DNA from: a virus
Reading direction: 5' to 3' (one strand)
Length of the DNA stretch: 64,000 nt
IMG/VR virus record: IMGVR_UViG_3300050821_013910
Location: 10,563-74,562 of that record
Under the pieces are notes generated by a model. It saw nothing but the letters and a program-made list of their open reading frames with translations. It made no database searches and was not told the origin of the DNA. Below, one piece after another: positions 45,479 through 55,659 of this stretch (position 1 is the first letter of the stretch; every line of letters begins with the position of its first letter). The translations under genes and the position numbers were made by a program.

Positions 45479-48400
45479 TTACCCGGCATGTGCGACCTCC
45501 TCCACCCGCTCCTCCACCTGAGCCAGCGCCGGAACCTCTCGCATCTCGCCCCAGTTCTTCCCCACCGCGCAATCAACTCCTATCCACAATCCCTCCGGAG
45601 CAGCCGGGCCGATCAGGACCTTGCTGGGAGATTCGAGGATCGGACGGACTCTGACCAGCATCTCCTCCAGCAACCGCTCGTCGAAATGAAAAACGCAGCT
45701 ATCGTGAATGTTGTCACAAAGTCCGTAGCGCTCGGCCAGTCCTGCCCTATCCAATTCCTTCAACTTCTCTCGGATATGCCCGAACGCGATATTGCTCAGC
45801 CAGAAACTGATCGCCTCCTCGCCCTGATCCCCGTGCCCCCACTCCGACTTCCTCCCGTCCCACCTGAACACCTCGTAGTAGTGGCGCAAGTGTCCAAATT
45901 CAGTCTGCAAGAAAGTCTGCTCGTGGGCACGCTGCTGGACCCACCGCTGCCAAGCGAACACCTTCGGGAAGACCTCCTCGTAGGCGGCCAGGATCGCCTT
46001 GGCCTCGGCCACCCCGGAGAAGAATTCCATGTACCTGTCGTATAACCCGTTTGCTTTCAATCCGTTACCTATACCTAAGCCCGCATGTTTAATCTTGCTG
46101 TCCCGGATGTCCTTGTACTTGTCGTTCGACTTCAGCCATTTGCATCGGGCCTTCAGTTCCGCATCCGACTCCTTTAGAATCTCCTGCACGCGCCACAGCT
46201 TCAGGAAGTGCCCAGTCATAATGCTGTGCATGTCGATCCGGGCGAGACGGATGTAGTTAGGGTCGTTGGCGAGGTATCCCAGGGTCAGCACATGGCAGGA
46301 CTTGAAATCCCACTCGGCCAGCAGCATCCCAGGTTCCGCTACAACCATCTCGCGCACGGCCTTCGCCAGCCGACCATGCTTAGGGAAGTTCTGGATGTTG
46401 GGATTCCTACTGCTCAACTGTCCAATCGCCGTCGCAAAGGTGAAAGTAGTATGCACCCTTCCGTCCGCGTGCGGCCTGAACCCCTCCACATAAGTCCCCT
46501 TGGCCTTCCTGATCTCGCGGCACTCGATCACCTTCAGATAGAACGTATCCTTCCACCTCGCCGACAGCCTGATCAACTCCTTCTTGCCAGTGGTCTTCTT
46601 GCCGTCCTTGCTCTCGGGAATCTTGTGGCGCCGGGCGGTCATGTAAGCCATCAGTTGAGGAGAGGAATTGGGCGAGAACTCGTACACCCGACACCACTGC
46701 TGGGAGGCTCCCATCTCCCCCGCCGACGACTTCACCAACTTCTTGCCTGACTCGTTCGGGACCAGCCACAGCCGGTCGAAGTAGTACCACTCGCCCGGTT
46801 CCTCCTCGCCCTCGTCGTTCTTGGTTGAGGCCTCCTGGAACCGACGCTGGCGGATGGCAGTCAATTCCTCCTCCGTGACCCCGACCCACCTCGCCGCCAG
46901 CGCCTCCCTCCTCAGCTTCTCCCTCGCGCCTTTCCCGAGCGGCTTCCCTTTCTCATTGACCAGATCGTCCGGAGGCATCTCGGTCGGCCTCACTTCCTCC
47001 AGCATCTCCCTCACCTGCTCGGGGACCGTCTTATAGGGATGGATCTTTCTCGCCGCGTCCGGGAACCTCGCGTCCAGCTCCACCCTGGCCTCCTTCTCGG
47101 CTCGGTCGAACTCGACTCCCAGTTCCAGCCTCTTCTTATCGTCGATCGGCAGGCCCCGGTCTTCCATCGCCGCGAGGATCGGCCGGACCATCTCCACCTG
47201 CGCGACGTACCCGGCTGCCTGTCTGCCGGCAACCGGGTCCCACCAGATCTTCCGATCCTCCATCGTCTTCCTGGTCGTCTGGTAGACCCGCAGCGCCGCG
47301 TCCGTGTCCACGATCCCGTAGAACTCCAGGCATTCCTCGTTGTAGTGCTTCCAGGGGAAGGGGAACGACGAGAACGAGGCCGAGAACTGGAGGTGGGCGG
47401 GGAGGTCGGGCTGCGCGAAGTGATGCTGCTGGAGGGTATCGTGGATCGTTCCGGCGTAGTCAAGGTAATCTGGATTGCCGAAGTCTCTCTCACCTACAGC
47501 GCGAAGAACCTTCCTGTCAAACAACCAGCAGTTGCTGACGAGACCTGCCCGTGTAAAGAACGAATGCGTGTCTTCAACAGTAATGCAATATTTGTCACGT
47601 TGCGAATACTGCTTCGGAGAAGCCAGCCGTACGCTATCCACCCATCCAAGTTGAGGCACTGGATACTCGATCCACCCGTTGTACTTCCCTCGGTATGATT
47701 CAGGCAGTTTGTATTCTACACAAGGATGCAGAAACCTACATATTGCCTCAAAGAACTTTTTTGAAGCGCCAACTCCCAGAGCCAGCACTGCCTTGTTTTG
47801 AATTGAACACCTACCTTGGAATCTATCCTCGAACCACTTCTTAATCTGGTCGTAAGTTTCTGGCGCGAAACCATGGAGACAGACACGAGCAGTTTTGTTC
47901 TTTCTCTGTTTACTGGCCAGGAATCCATCGTCACCATAAAAGACAGCTAAGGCACGGTTCGATAGCGAAGGAAATATTCCATATGGAACACCGCACCCTG
48001 CGAACACTTTCTGCCTTCCTTCATAAAACACACTCCTCCAGCGGCGTGGCACGTAACACTGAGCCATCCAAGCTACTTCCTCGTTCTGAGTTAACGTGCT
48101 GAACGTGATCTGCTGGCTTAGCTTCGTTCCAAAGGCAGTAGCCTTCGCTTGTGCCCATGCCTTGTTCGTGTGAGCTACCTTTAGCACACCACGTGGAGAT
48201 ACGTAGCCATCTCCCAACAACGTTCCTATGATCAGATCAGGGTGACCTGTTCTTGGAATGGGTACTTGGTCTCCGGGCTGCAACTGATTAGCCTTGGTCT
48301 TGGTGCCGTCGTACAAGAACCACTCATGATCCGGCGTGCATATCACGCCCGGATTTCCCCACCGTCCCACCCCTCGGTTGTAGGCACCATCAACCTTGAC

Positions 48401-49654
48401 TTCCAGCCAGCCACGATCATCCTTAGTGTGTAAGGTTCCACAAACCTTGGACTCTACAACCTGACCTAGCTTAAGAGACTTAACCTTCTCTCCATCCGTT
48501 ACTTTCCAGATTGGCTTCCATGTACCATCAGCCATCCACACTGATGTGTTTTGGGCGAAGCAATTATGCCCGCACTTCGGGAGAGGCAATTTATTCAACC
48601 ACCTGGTCGCCGCAATCCCGTCCTGGTCCCACTGCAGGGCCACGCCCTGCCCCGGATCGATCGAGAATTGACTGAGCCGGACCTGAGTGTCAGTGAACCC
48701 GTCGGTCGCGTCCTCATCTAGGGAGGCCGACTCGAAGGTCTCGATGTCGTGCGAGAGACACAGGTAGGAGGCGGCGCGAGCGTCGGGGGAGAGGGCCAGC
48801 CAGGCGTCGCTGCGAGCCTTCACATCCCGGCAGAACCGGTCCAGGTCGCGGCGGGTCGGGTGGAGCTGGTAGCGGAGGTTGTGGCGCTGGAGCCAGGCGG
48901 CGAGGTCGGATTGGATCTGCTGCTTCCGGCGCTGCTCCCAGTCGGCATACCCCGAGTCCCAAGGGTCGGGGTTGGTCAGCGGGTCGTAGGGCTGGCCGAC
49001 TCCCCTCAGCGCCAGGTCGGGCAGGTCCAGGATGAAGTTGGTGTCCCGCCCTGCCGCCACATTCACCGCCCGCGCGATATCCCTGGCCAGCACTCCGGTC
49101 AGGTGAATCGCGCCACCGCGGAGGAAGCTGGGGTGGTAGGTCGGGAGGACAAGGAGAGGGTCGGAGTCGTGGTCGCGGCCAGCGGCGGCGCAGAATTGCG
49201 GGAGAGCGCGCAGGACGTAGCCGCGGAGGTGCGATATAGTTTTTTGCGTTCCCGACATTCCAGTCAAGGTCCGCAGCGCAACATTCCCGAAAGCCAGCAG
49301 CACCTTCGGCCGGAACTTTCTCAGCGCGTCCAGCAGGTTCCCTTCGCAGTGCTGGATCGCTTCGTATTCATAAGACTGACCTTCGAGCAAATTTTGGGGC
49401 GGACGGCAGCGCAACACGTTCGTAACTGAGAAGCTATCCCGCCCCAGTCCTAACCTTCTGATAGTCCGTTCAAAGATCGCGCCGGATGGCATATAAGGGC
49501 GCAGAGGAAGTTCGTCCCGAGCTTCTCCCTCGCCGCTGGCTTCGGCGATGCACATGACCTTGTTATGACCGGAACCCTCGACGGCAGAGAAGTCGGTGCC
49601 ACAGTTGACCAGGGGACAGCCTGCACAGGATGGGGGCCGCGTACGACTTACCAT
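45479..49654 (-). CDS. uracil-DNA glycosylase (family 4-like) fused to family A DNA polymerase, intein-containing
   Basis: CAGCPL, AEASG, TNVLRCRPP, TYHPS (UDG); DIET exonuclease; GQLSSRNPNIQNFP, motif A D, IHDS. Confidence 0.9.
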   Translation of the reverse strand: MVSRTRPPSCAGCPLVNCGTDFSAVEGSGHNKVMCIAEASGEGEARDELPLRPYMPSGAIFERTIRRLGLGRDSFSVTNVLRCRPPQNLLEGQSYEYEAIQHCEGNLLDALRKFRPKVLLAFGNVALRTLTGMSGTQKTISHLRGYVLRALPQFCAAAGRDHDSDPLLVLPTYHPSFLRGGAIHLTGVLARDIARAVNVAAGRDTNFILDLPDLALRGVGQPYDPLTNPDPWDSGYADWEQRRKQQIQSDLAAWLQRHNLRYQLHPTRRDLDRFCRDVKARSDAWLALSPDARAASYLCLSHDIETFESASLDEDATDGFTDTQVRLSQFSIDPGQGVALQWDQDGIAATRWLNKLPLPKCGHNCFAQNTSVWMADGTWKPIWKVTDGEKVKSLKLGQVVESKVCGTLHTKDDRGWLEVKVDGAYNRGVGRWGNPGVICTPDHEWFLYDGTKTKANQLQPGDQVPIPRTGHPDLIIGTLLGDGYVSPRGVLKVAHTNKAWAQAKATAFGTKLSQQITFSTLTQNEEVAWMAQCYVPRRWRSVFYEGRQKVFAGCGVPYGIFPSLSNRALAVFYGDDGFLASKQRKNKTARVCLHGFAPETYDQIKKWFEDRFQGRCSIQNKAVLALGVGASKKFFEAICRFLHPCVEYKLPESYRGKYNGWIEYPVPQLGWVDSVRLASPKQYSQRDKYCITVEDTHSFFTRAGLVSNCWLFDRKVLRAVGERDFGNPDYLDYAGTIHDTLQQHHFAQPDLPAHLQFSASFSSFPFPWKHYNEECLEFYGIVDTDAALRVYQTTRKTMEDRKIWWDPVAGRQAAGYVAQVEMVRPILAAMEDRGLPIDDKKRLELGVEFDRAEKEARVELDARFPDAARKIHPYKTVPEQVREMLEEVRPTEMPPDDLVNEKGKPLGKGAREKLRREALAARWVGVTEEELTAIRQRRFQEASTKNDEGEEEPGEWYYFDRLWLVPNESGKKLVKSSAGEMGASQQWCRVYEFSPNSSPQLMAYMTARRHKIPESKDGKKTTGKKELIRLSARWKDTFYLKVIECREIRKAKGTYVEGFRPHADGRVHTTFTFATAIGQLSSRNPNIQNFPKHGRLAKAVREMVVAEPGMLLAEWDFKSCHVLTLGYLANDPNYIRLARIDMHSIMTGHFLKLWRVQEILKESDAELKARCKWLKSNDKYKDIRDSKIKHAGLGIGNGLKANGLYDRYMEFFSGVAEAKAILAAYEEVFPKVFAWQRWVQQRAHEQTFLQTEFGHLRHYYEVFRWDGRKSEWGHGDQGEEAISFWLSNIAFGHIREKLKELDRAGLAERYGLCDNIHDSCVFHFDERLLEEMLVRVRPILESPSKVLIGPAAPEGLWIGVDCAVGKNWGEMREVPALAQVEERVEEVAHAG
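47531..48562 (-). mobile_element. intein with LAGLIDADG homing endonuclease (344 aa)
   Basis: GHN|CFAQNTSVWMADG, CTPDH block B, GTLLGDG and VFYGDDG, FFTRAGLVSN|C; lower GC. Confidence 0.92.
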
Positions 49655-49655
49655 G

Positions 49656-51233
49656 CTATAGCCACCTTGCAACTTTAGGATCGCTCTTGCACCGATCCGC
49701 GAACAACTCTGCCGTCCCGACCAGCCTCAATCCTGCCAGCGTCCGGCACCTACTCAGCGACGTGTAGACCATGGCCGGAGACTTCATCATCCAGCTCCTC
49801 AAGTCAACCTGACAGGCATCCATGGTCAGCCCCTGGGCTTTGTGCAGAGTGGTCGCGTAGGAGAGGCGCAGCGGATAGTATTCCAGCTGGCCGACCACGT
49901 AGCGCTGCTTGCTCTTTCGATAATGGGGCTGAGGAAGGAATCTGCCGTCTGAATCCTTCCCCTGTTCCTCCCACTCCACTCCACCGGCCCAGTTCGGTTT
50001 GTCCAAGTAAGCGATATCCCGGATCAGGCTCCTGACCGCCACGACCTCGCCCGTCCTGACCAACTCGACCATAATGCTCGGCGGCGACCCGGGTGCCGAC
50101 TCGATCCCCCGCACCCACCCGCAGTCCCCATTCGCGTAGACCATCCTCCCCTCGTCGTACTGGTTGGCGAGGATCATCACGTAGCAGCCTTCGCGAAGGA
50201 TGGTCCGCTCGGGCACGTGCTTCCACTCTGGTCTGATCTTGCCACCGGCGGCCCAGCGACGTGACGGCAGGGAGATCAACCTTCCCCTTTCCCGGTCCAA
50301 CCGAAGCTGGTTGATCCGGTCCACCTCGTCGTTCTTCCCCACCACGGTCGTCCCTTTGAACTGCATATCGACCGAATCGGCGAACGCCATCCCCGCCGAC
50401 CTGAGCACCGCCAGCGCATCCCTCCCCCGCCCTGCCCGAGCGAAATCCAAGGCCGCCAGAAACCTCGGGTCGGCTTGCCTCCATACCTTGGTCAGCTTGG
50501 TCTCGTTGGCGCCGAACCTGGCCTCCCAGAACTGGCTCTCGAAGCACCAAGGCGTCGGCAGTCTCTTACCTCGTCTCCCTGGCGTAGGCTGATACTCAGG
50601 CGGTCTATCGGCGATTGACGCGAGCTGACCAAAATCACCCAGCAGTATCAGCCCCACCGGCTTCTCGCCCTTTTCCTCCCGGTGCAGGTTCACGTCGTCG
50701 AACACGCGGACCAAGAGGTCCAGGGTCTCGCGGCCGATCATCGAGCACTCGTCGATGGCCACATTGCGGAATCCCTCGTCGGCCACCTTGCGCAGGCGGC
50801 GTTGGGCTGATCCGTGCAGGTAGGCATCTCGTAGAGAGTCAGTATCGAAGAATCCGAGGAGAGAATGAATGGTGACCGTGTTCAGGTTGATTGCAGATAT
50901 CCCTGTTGATGATGACAGCGCGGCATAACTCGGATCACCTGCGCAGCGCTCGCGAATCGCGGTCGTTTTACCGGTGCCTGCGCGGCCAGTTATAAACGCG
51001 CACGGAGTGGGTGCGTCGGGGGAGAACTGGCCTCGGGCTGCATCAGGTACCAGTCCGGCGGCTTCTTCCAGTCCGGCTTCGTCCACTCCCTGCCCGCGCT
51101 GGAAATGCCCAGTCGAGAGTTCGATCTGGTCGAGGAAGGCGTCGGGGGGGAGGGGAGGGGACGCAGAGGAGGGGACAGAGGGATCAACGGGTGCGGTGGA
51201 GGCAGGATCAGCAACCGGAATCTCTTCGGCCAC
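49656..51233 (-). CDS. Pif1/RecD-like SF1B helicase
   Basis: GRAGTGKT, TIHS, IDECSM, GDFGQL, RQ, SYATTLHKAQGLT, YTSLSR. Confidence 0.9.
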   Translation of the reverse strand: MAEEIPVADPASTAPVDPSVPSSASPPLPPDAFLDQIELSTGHFQRGQGVDEAGLEEAAGLVPDAARGQFSPDAPTPCAFITGRAGTGKTTAIRERCAGDPSYAALSSSTGISAINLNTVTIHSLLGFFDTDSLRDAYLHGSAQRRLRKVADEGFRNVAIDECSMIGRETLDLLVRVFDDVNLHREEKGEKPVGLILLGDFGQLASIADRPPEYQPTPGRRGKRLPTPWCFESQFWEARFGANETKLTKVWRQADPRFLAALDFARAGRGRDALAVLRSAGMAFADSVDMQFKGTTVVGKNDEVDRINQLRLDRERGRLISLPSRRWAAGGKIRPEWKHVPERTILREGCYVMILANQYDEGRMVYANGDCGWVRGIESAPGSPPSIMVELVRTGEVVAVRSLIRDIAYLDKPNWAGGVEWEEQGKDSDGRFLPQPHYRKSKQRYVVGQLEYYPLRLSYATTLHKAQGLTMDACQVDLRSWMMKSPAMVYTSLSRCRTLAGLRLVGTAELFADRCKSDPKVARWL

Positions 51234-51234
51234 G

Positions 51235-51480
51235 CTACCTTCCCTCCATCCATCTCGCCTTGGCCGCGGGAGTAGGATGAATCCGGCCAGCCGCAGCCAT
51301 CATCTCCGCCGCCTCCTCCAGCCGGTCCTTCTGCTCGGAGGTCAGAGCTAGGTCGGCGATCTCCTGCCTCTGTTCCCTGACCTGAGTCTCCAGCTGACTG
51401 ACTTCCTCTTCCAGATCGTTGATCCGGTCGATCAGTTCCTCGCGCGTGGTCAGGTCGGTGATGCGGAATAGGTCGAGCAT
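51235..51480 (-). CDS. coiled-coil hypothetical protein
   Basis: AGGAGG SD. Confidence 0.6.
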   Translation of the reverse strand: MLDLFRITDLTTREELIDRINDLEEEVSQLETQVREQRQEIADLALTSEQKDRLEEAAEMMAAAGRIHPTPAAKARWMEGR

Positions 51481-51494
51481 GGTTAGTCCTCCTG

Positions 51495-51740
51495 CTACTG
51501 GAACTTTTCAAATAAGTCGCGAAGCCAAAATAATTGCGAGGGGGTGATGTTGAGTTGCCCGCCGAGGTCCATCTCCATCCACTTCGCCGCGATAAACCGC
51601 CTCGCCTCCCCGGTCAGCTTCCTCTCCAACTCTTCCTCCGACTCCTCCCGCAGGAGGGTCAGCAGGCGGCGGGCCTCGGCGGCCCGCTCGGCGGCGGAGA
51701 GGGTGGTGGACTGGGAGGGGGTGGGGTTGTTATAACTCAT
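51495..51740 (-). CDS. hypothetical protein
   Basis: ATGA overlap with the upstream gene. Confidence 0.55.
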   Translation of the reverse strand: MSYNNPTPSQSTTLSAAERAAEARRLLTLLREESEEELERKLTGEARRFIAAKWMEMDLGGQLNITPSQLFWLRDLFEKFQ

Positions 51741-52021
51741 CGGACCACCTGCAGGAATCTTCTCTCGATCAAGGTCTTCTCCATCGGGTCCTTCAAGTCG
51801 CTGTACCCACACTCAAACATCTCCCGCGTGATCGAGTCCAGCAACTCGCCGTACTTGTCATCTCCATCCAACTCAACCCAGAGGTTGTCGATGGCGGCCT
51901 GTTCCGTTGCGCCGTAGCCGTAGACTTGTTCCTCTTCGTGGCCGTCCAAGTAGGCGGTCCAGTCGAACTGAGTAGTCGGAACGGGAGGGCGGTCGTTGGT
52001 GGTTATGATCTTAGTGGTCAT
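51737..52021 (-). CDS. hypothetical protein
   Basis: PPVP..FDWTAY...GYGATEQAAI phage-type motif. Confidence 0.65.
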   Translation of the reverse strand: MTTKIITTNDRPPVPTTQFDWTAYLDGHEEEQVYGYGATEQAAIDNLWVELDGDDKYGELLDSITREMFECGYSDLKDPMEKTLIERRFLQVVR

Positions 52022-52275
52022 CGGGCTTGCTCCCTCTCCTGTTCTTGCTCCATCGCCTTCTTCAGTTCATTGAACTCCTGCATGTTGAACAGCAGCAGCA
52101 ACGCGTTTGTCTTACCGGACGAGATATCGAAACACACGTTCCCCGGCACCCCCACGCTGACTACTGTGCCCTTCTTGGCCGAGTAGTTCATCTCGGTGAT
52201 AGTCGAGCAGAGTTGGATGGACTTGTTTTCCTCTCCCATCCGCTTGAGAACGTCGAAGTTGTTGATCGCCGCCAT
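52018..52275 (-). CDS. hypothetical protein
   Basis: Coupled ORF. Confidence 0.6.
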   Translation of the reverse strand: MAAINNFDVLKRMGEENKSIQLCSTITEMNYSAKKGTVVSVGVPGNVCFDISSGKTNALLLLFNMQEFNELKKAMEQEQEREQAR

Positions 52276-52354
52276 GCTGCTATCCCTTTCCGAGGGAGAG
52301 AGTAGCCATCGTTGTGTAGACCTATTAACTCTCCCCCTCGTCGGACCCTATCGG

Positions 52355-53170
52355 CTACCTCGCCTTCGGCCCGTACTCCACTCCGCTCGCCTTCCCGCTC
52401 CCGACCGCGAAATACCCATTGATCCTGGGCCGGGCATGGAGATGGACCTTCCCCAGCTTGGTATCGACGTCCATGTCCGGGATCGGCTGGCCCTTGGAGT
52501 CCTGCGGGAAGCGATGTTGTCCGAGTACGCGGGGAAGGCGCTCCCCCGCCGACTCGAACCTCTCCTGGTCCGCCTGGTCCGGGCTGCCCTCCCACACGGT
52601 ATCGACCTCCAGCTTCGGTTCCCCGGCCGTGGCCTTGAAGAACTCGTCGAGGAGGGTCCTCGCCGTTATCCGCGCTGGCAACTGGACCTTCAACTGGGCC
52701 AGAATCCAGGCCAGCGGGATCGCCCCGCCCTTGCGCGAGTCGGCGCGGGTCGAGACAAAGTAATCGGTCAGGCTGATCCCGTCCCACTTGCCACTCGGAT
52801 CAATCACGGTCGCATCCAAGGCGGTGAACGCATAAGCCTGACCCGACTTGTCGGTGGCCACCTTGTACCGCGCCGGCTGGCCGTCCTGACCCTTGACGTC
52901 CCTCTGTTTGACCTTCACGAGCCAGCGACCTTCGGGGAGCGGCGGGGGGGCGGCATACGGGTCCACATCGGCGTGGGTGTCCATCTCCTGGTTCAGCAGG
53001 TTAGGATCGTCGAGGTTGAGGACGGGGATGGAGGAGGGGTCGAGGGCGCCATTGGAGGCCGCGACGCCGTTCGCCGCGCCGCCCCCGTTCGGTTCGTCCA
53101 TGTAAATGGGTTGCGCAAAATCGTCCGCTGCTGCCGTTGCCGCCGGCTGACCGGGTATCGTGGTTGCCAT
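52355..53170 (-). CDS. ssDNA-binding protein-like (phage OB/DUF669-type)
   Basis: PLPEGRWLVKV motif; position downstream of the Sak4-like gene; AAGGAG SD. Confidence 0.45.
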   Translation of the reverse strand: MATTIPGQPAATAAADDFAQPIYMDEPNGGGAANGVAASNGALDPSSIPVLNLDDPNLLNQEMDTHADVDPYAAPPPLPEGRWLVKVKQRDVKGQDGQPARYKVATDKSGQAYAFTALDATVIDPSGKWDGISLTDYFVSTRADSRKGGAIPLAWILAQLKVQLPARITARTLLDEFFKATAGEPKLEVDTVWEGSPDQADQERFESAGERLPRVLGQHRFPQDSKGQPIPDMDVDTKLGKVHLHARPRINGYFAVGSGKASGVEYGPKAR

Positions 53171-53254
53171 AAGAATTGTTCTCCTTGGGCGGCCAGTCCG
53201 GTCGCCTTTGTTGGTTAGTTGGTATGGGTGATGATTGTAAGCGACGACAGCCAA

Positions 53255-53650
53255 CTATCGGTTGGACGCGTCGTATGCCGTCTGCTGCGCTGCGTACTGC
53301 GCGGCTGTCTGTGCGGGTTGCGCCGGTTGCGCCGCCTGCCCTATCGCCCCTCGTGCCGCCACCTGCCCCTGCCACACGTCCCGCAAGGTCCGCCGCAAGA
53401 ACTGCGCCAGGGTCCGCTCGTCCTTCTCGGCCTCGGCGGCGAAATACTCGTAGCACTCTTTCGGGAGCGAGATGTTGACCGTGGCCGCATCTGCTCCCGC
53501 TGCCGAGCCGTGACCGTTGGGAGTGCCAGTCCGGGAGGTGCGCTTGGCCGGGGCCGTCGTCCGCGTCTTCCGAGTTGTCGGTTGCGCCGACTGGGTTACT
53601 GCCTGACCGACTGTTGTCGTTGCTGCCTGTCCTGTTGCTTCCTGTTCCAC
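53255..53650 (-). CDS. RHH-like DNA-binding protein
   Basis: VNISLPKECYEYFAAEAEKDERTLAQFLRR. Confidence 0.6.
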   Translation of the reverse strand: MEQEATGQAATTTVGQAVTQSAQPTTRKTRTTAPAKRTSRTGTPNGHGSAAGADAATVNISLPKECYEYFAAEAEKDERTLAQFLRRTLRDVWQGQVAARGAIGQAAQPAQPAQTAAQYAAQQTAYDASNR

Positions 53651-53684
53651 TTGCCTTCCTCCTTTCCTTTAAAGATCGTGCTGC

Positions 53685-54056
53685 CTAGTAAACCTCTGTC
53701 GTCAGCCGCTCGCTGACCTTCTTCTCCGCAGTCTCTCCCAAGATGTGCTCCACATCGACCACGTCCCCGTCCACCAGCTCCTCCCAGTGGTCGATGATCC
53801 AGTTGTGCGCGACCGGGAAGGTTCTCGCTCCCCCCATCCAGGCGTAGGGATCATTCGTGGCCTGACCATCGCCACTAAGCCGGGTCAGGATCACATTCGG
53901 TCGGCCATCACAGGAGTACCCGACCCGCCGCATCAGCCAGCGTTGCGCCTCGTTCCGAGGCTGGATGTTGACGGCGAGGACGGGTATGAAGGTCATCGAG
54001 TCGCGGACCTCCAGCACCTTGGAGTCGAGGTTGGAGTCAGAACGGGATGCTGTCAT
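53685..54056 (-). CDS. hypothetical protein
   Basis: LEVRDSMTFIPVLA...DGDVVDVE; high GC3. Confidence 0.65.
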   Translation of the reverse strand: MTASRSDSNLDSKVLEVRDSMTFIPVLAVNIQPRNEAQRWLMRRVGYSCDGRPNVILTRLSGDGQATNDPYAWMGGARTFPVAHNWIIDHWEELVDGDVVDVEHILGETAEKKVSERLTTEVY

Positions 54057-54531
54057 ATTCGTCCTCCAGCTTCGCTCCCGCCTCCAGCATCGGTACCGCC
54101 CTCGCGGTCAACGCCGCCGCCTCCACAGGCATCTCCACGCCCTCCCCGGCAGCCAGCATCGGCGAGCAAATCCATTCATACACGGTCTCCTCATGTTCAG
54201 GTATGACCTGTGCCTCGGTCGCTGGCCGGGGCGGAACATACTGCTCCGGCACCACCCTCTTCCCGACCGCCACCTGCTGACAAACGCTCGACCGGGTCCC
54301 GTGATACTGCACCGCCACCCCGCCGAAGTCCCTCTTGAGGGTCACCAGCGTATCTGAGAAAATCTTGTCGCACCGGCCGCCCGCTCCCAGCGCCCTCGCT
54401 GTCACCGCCGCGTTCTCCTTCGAGTAAAGCGAGCAGGCCGTCAGCGCTGGCTCAGGCAGATCCACCTCCGGGTGCTGCTCGATCCACGCGGCTATCTGCC
54501 GGAGTCCTGCTGCGAAATCTCTGTGGTTCAT
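54037..54531 (-). CDS. hypothetical protein, paralog of 57839..58177
   Basis: Shared N- and C-terminal motifs. Confidence 0.65.
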   Translation of the reverse strand: MNHRDFAAGLRQIAAWIEQHPEVDLPEPALTACSLYSKENAAVTARALGAGGRCDKIFSDTLVTLKRDFGGVAVQYHGTRSSVCQQVAVGKRVVPEQYVPPRPATEAQVIPEHEETVYEWICSPMLAAGEGVEMPVEAAALTARAVPMLEAGAKLEDEYDSIPF

Positions 54532-54570
54532 CTTCTCTGTTCTCCCCTCTCCCTATCTCTCCTCTGACTG

Positions 54571-55641
54571 CTACTTGATTCCAACTACTCCAGTCACTAC
54601 AGGCTGCGCCGTCGGCTGCGAACCATTACTCGCTCCCGCTGCCCCCTGCCCCGCCTTGGCCCGGAACCTCTCGTCCACCTTCCTCCGCCACTCGTCCACC
54701 TGGCCTCGCTGCTGAACCGTCAACTCATCCACAAACTTCAGATACTCGTCAAACCCCTTGTCCAACCCGGGCTGGAAGAACCCGCCCGGATACCTCTCCA
54801 TCAGCGCCGGGATCTGCTCGGGGGTAACTCTGGGTTTAGCCGGGAACATGATATTCGTCACGGGATCGGGATGCTTGACGAAGTACATCCTGACCACCGT
54901 ATCCACGATCTCGGTGTCCACCTTCTTAGTCGGGTCGGCAGGGTCGGGTACGGCCACCGTCCGCCTGACCGCCGTTCCCTGCGCGTGGATACAATCTCCC
55001 ACCCACGAGGGAATCAGCGCCGTGGCCTTCTTGCCAGCGATCTGGGGGCCATAAATAGGGGTCCGGTCGTCATCCTCCGCTCGGCTCTCCAGCCCGGTGA
55101 AGAACACATAATCACAAGGCAGCGAGTTGAAGTTGGTGATCAGGGAGTACAACTGGTTCTGCACGAACCCATAATGCGCCTTCGAGTTCCCTGCAAAAGT
55201 CTCCGTGGTCAGCGCCCCGTCCACAATCACCCGCTGGCTGAACGGGCTGGTGGCTTCCTCGCCGGTTTTGATCTGCTTGTCCGCTAGATGGCGCATCATC
55301 GCCTGACTGATCGACGTCACTCCCTCGACAATGACCCCGCCGAACTTCCCCCAGTCCACCGCGCGCAGGTCGGTGTCGGCGGCCTTGGTAGCGGCGGGGT
55401 TGCGAGGCCAGTAGCCCTGGCTGATCTTGCGGAGGGTCGGCAAGGGAACCTCGATATTGCACCGGTAGGCCGAGATGATCCCGGCGTCTATCTCGGGTTG
55501 CATCGGCGCCCATCCCCCGCCGTCCATCGACAGGAGGAGGCAGCATTTCCCTGTTCGTTCGTAAAGGTAATGCGAGAAGTGTTTAGCCGCCGTGCTCTTG
55601 AGGCAGCCGCTGTCTCCATAGCAAATCCCTGACCGTGCCAT
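54571..55641 (-). CDS. Sak4-like AAA/RecA-fold ATPase (single-strand annealing)
   Basis: ICYGDSGCLKST Walker A variant, VIVEGVTS, GPQIAGK; between nuclease and SSB-like genes. Confidence 0.65.
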   Translation of the reverse strand: MARSGICYGDSGCLKSTAAKHFSHYLYERTGKCCLLLSMDGGGWAPMQPEIDAGIISAYRCNIEVPLPTLRKISQGYWPRNPAATKAADTDLRAVDWGKFGGVIVEGVTSISQAMMRHLADKQIKTGEEATSPFSQRVIVDGALTTETFAGNSKAHYGFVQNQLYSLITNFNSLPCDYVFFTGLESRAEDDDRTPIYGPQIAGKKATALIPSWVGDCIHAQGTAVRRTVAVPDPADPTKKVDTEIVDTVVRMYFVKHPDPVTNIMFPAKPRVTPEQIPALMERYPGGFFQPGLDKGFDEYLKFVDELTVQQRGQVDEWRRKVDERFRAKAGQGAAGASNGSQPTAQPVVTGVVGIK

Positions 55642-55659
55642 CTGACCGTTTCCTCTCTC

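Noticed and set aside
45479-49654. DpoZ / Z-genome system
   Set aside because: No PurZ or dATPase-like gene was recognised in the window.
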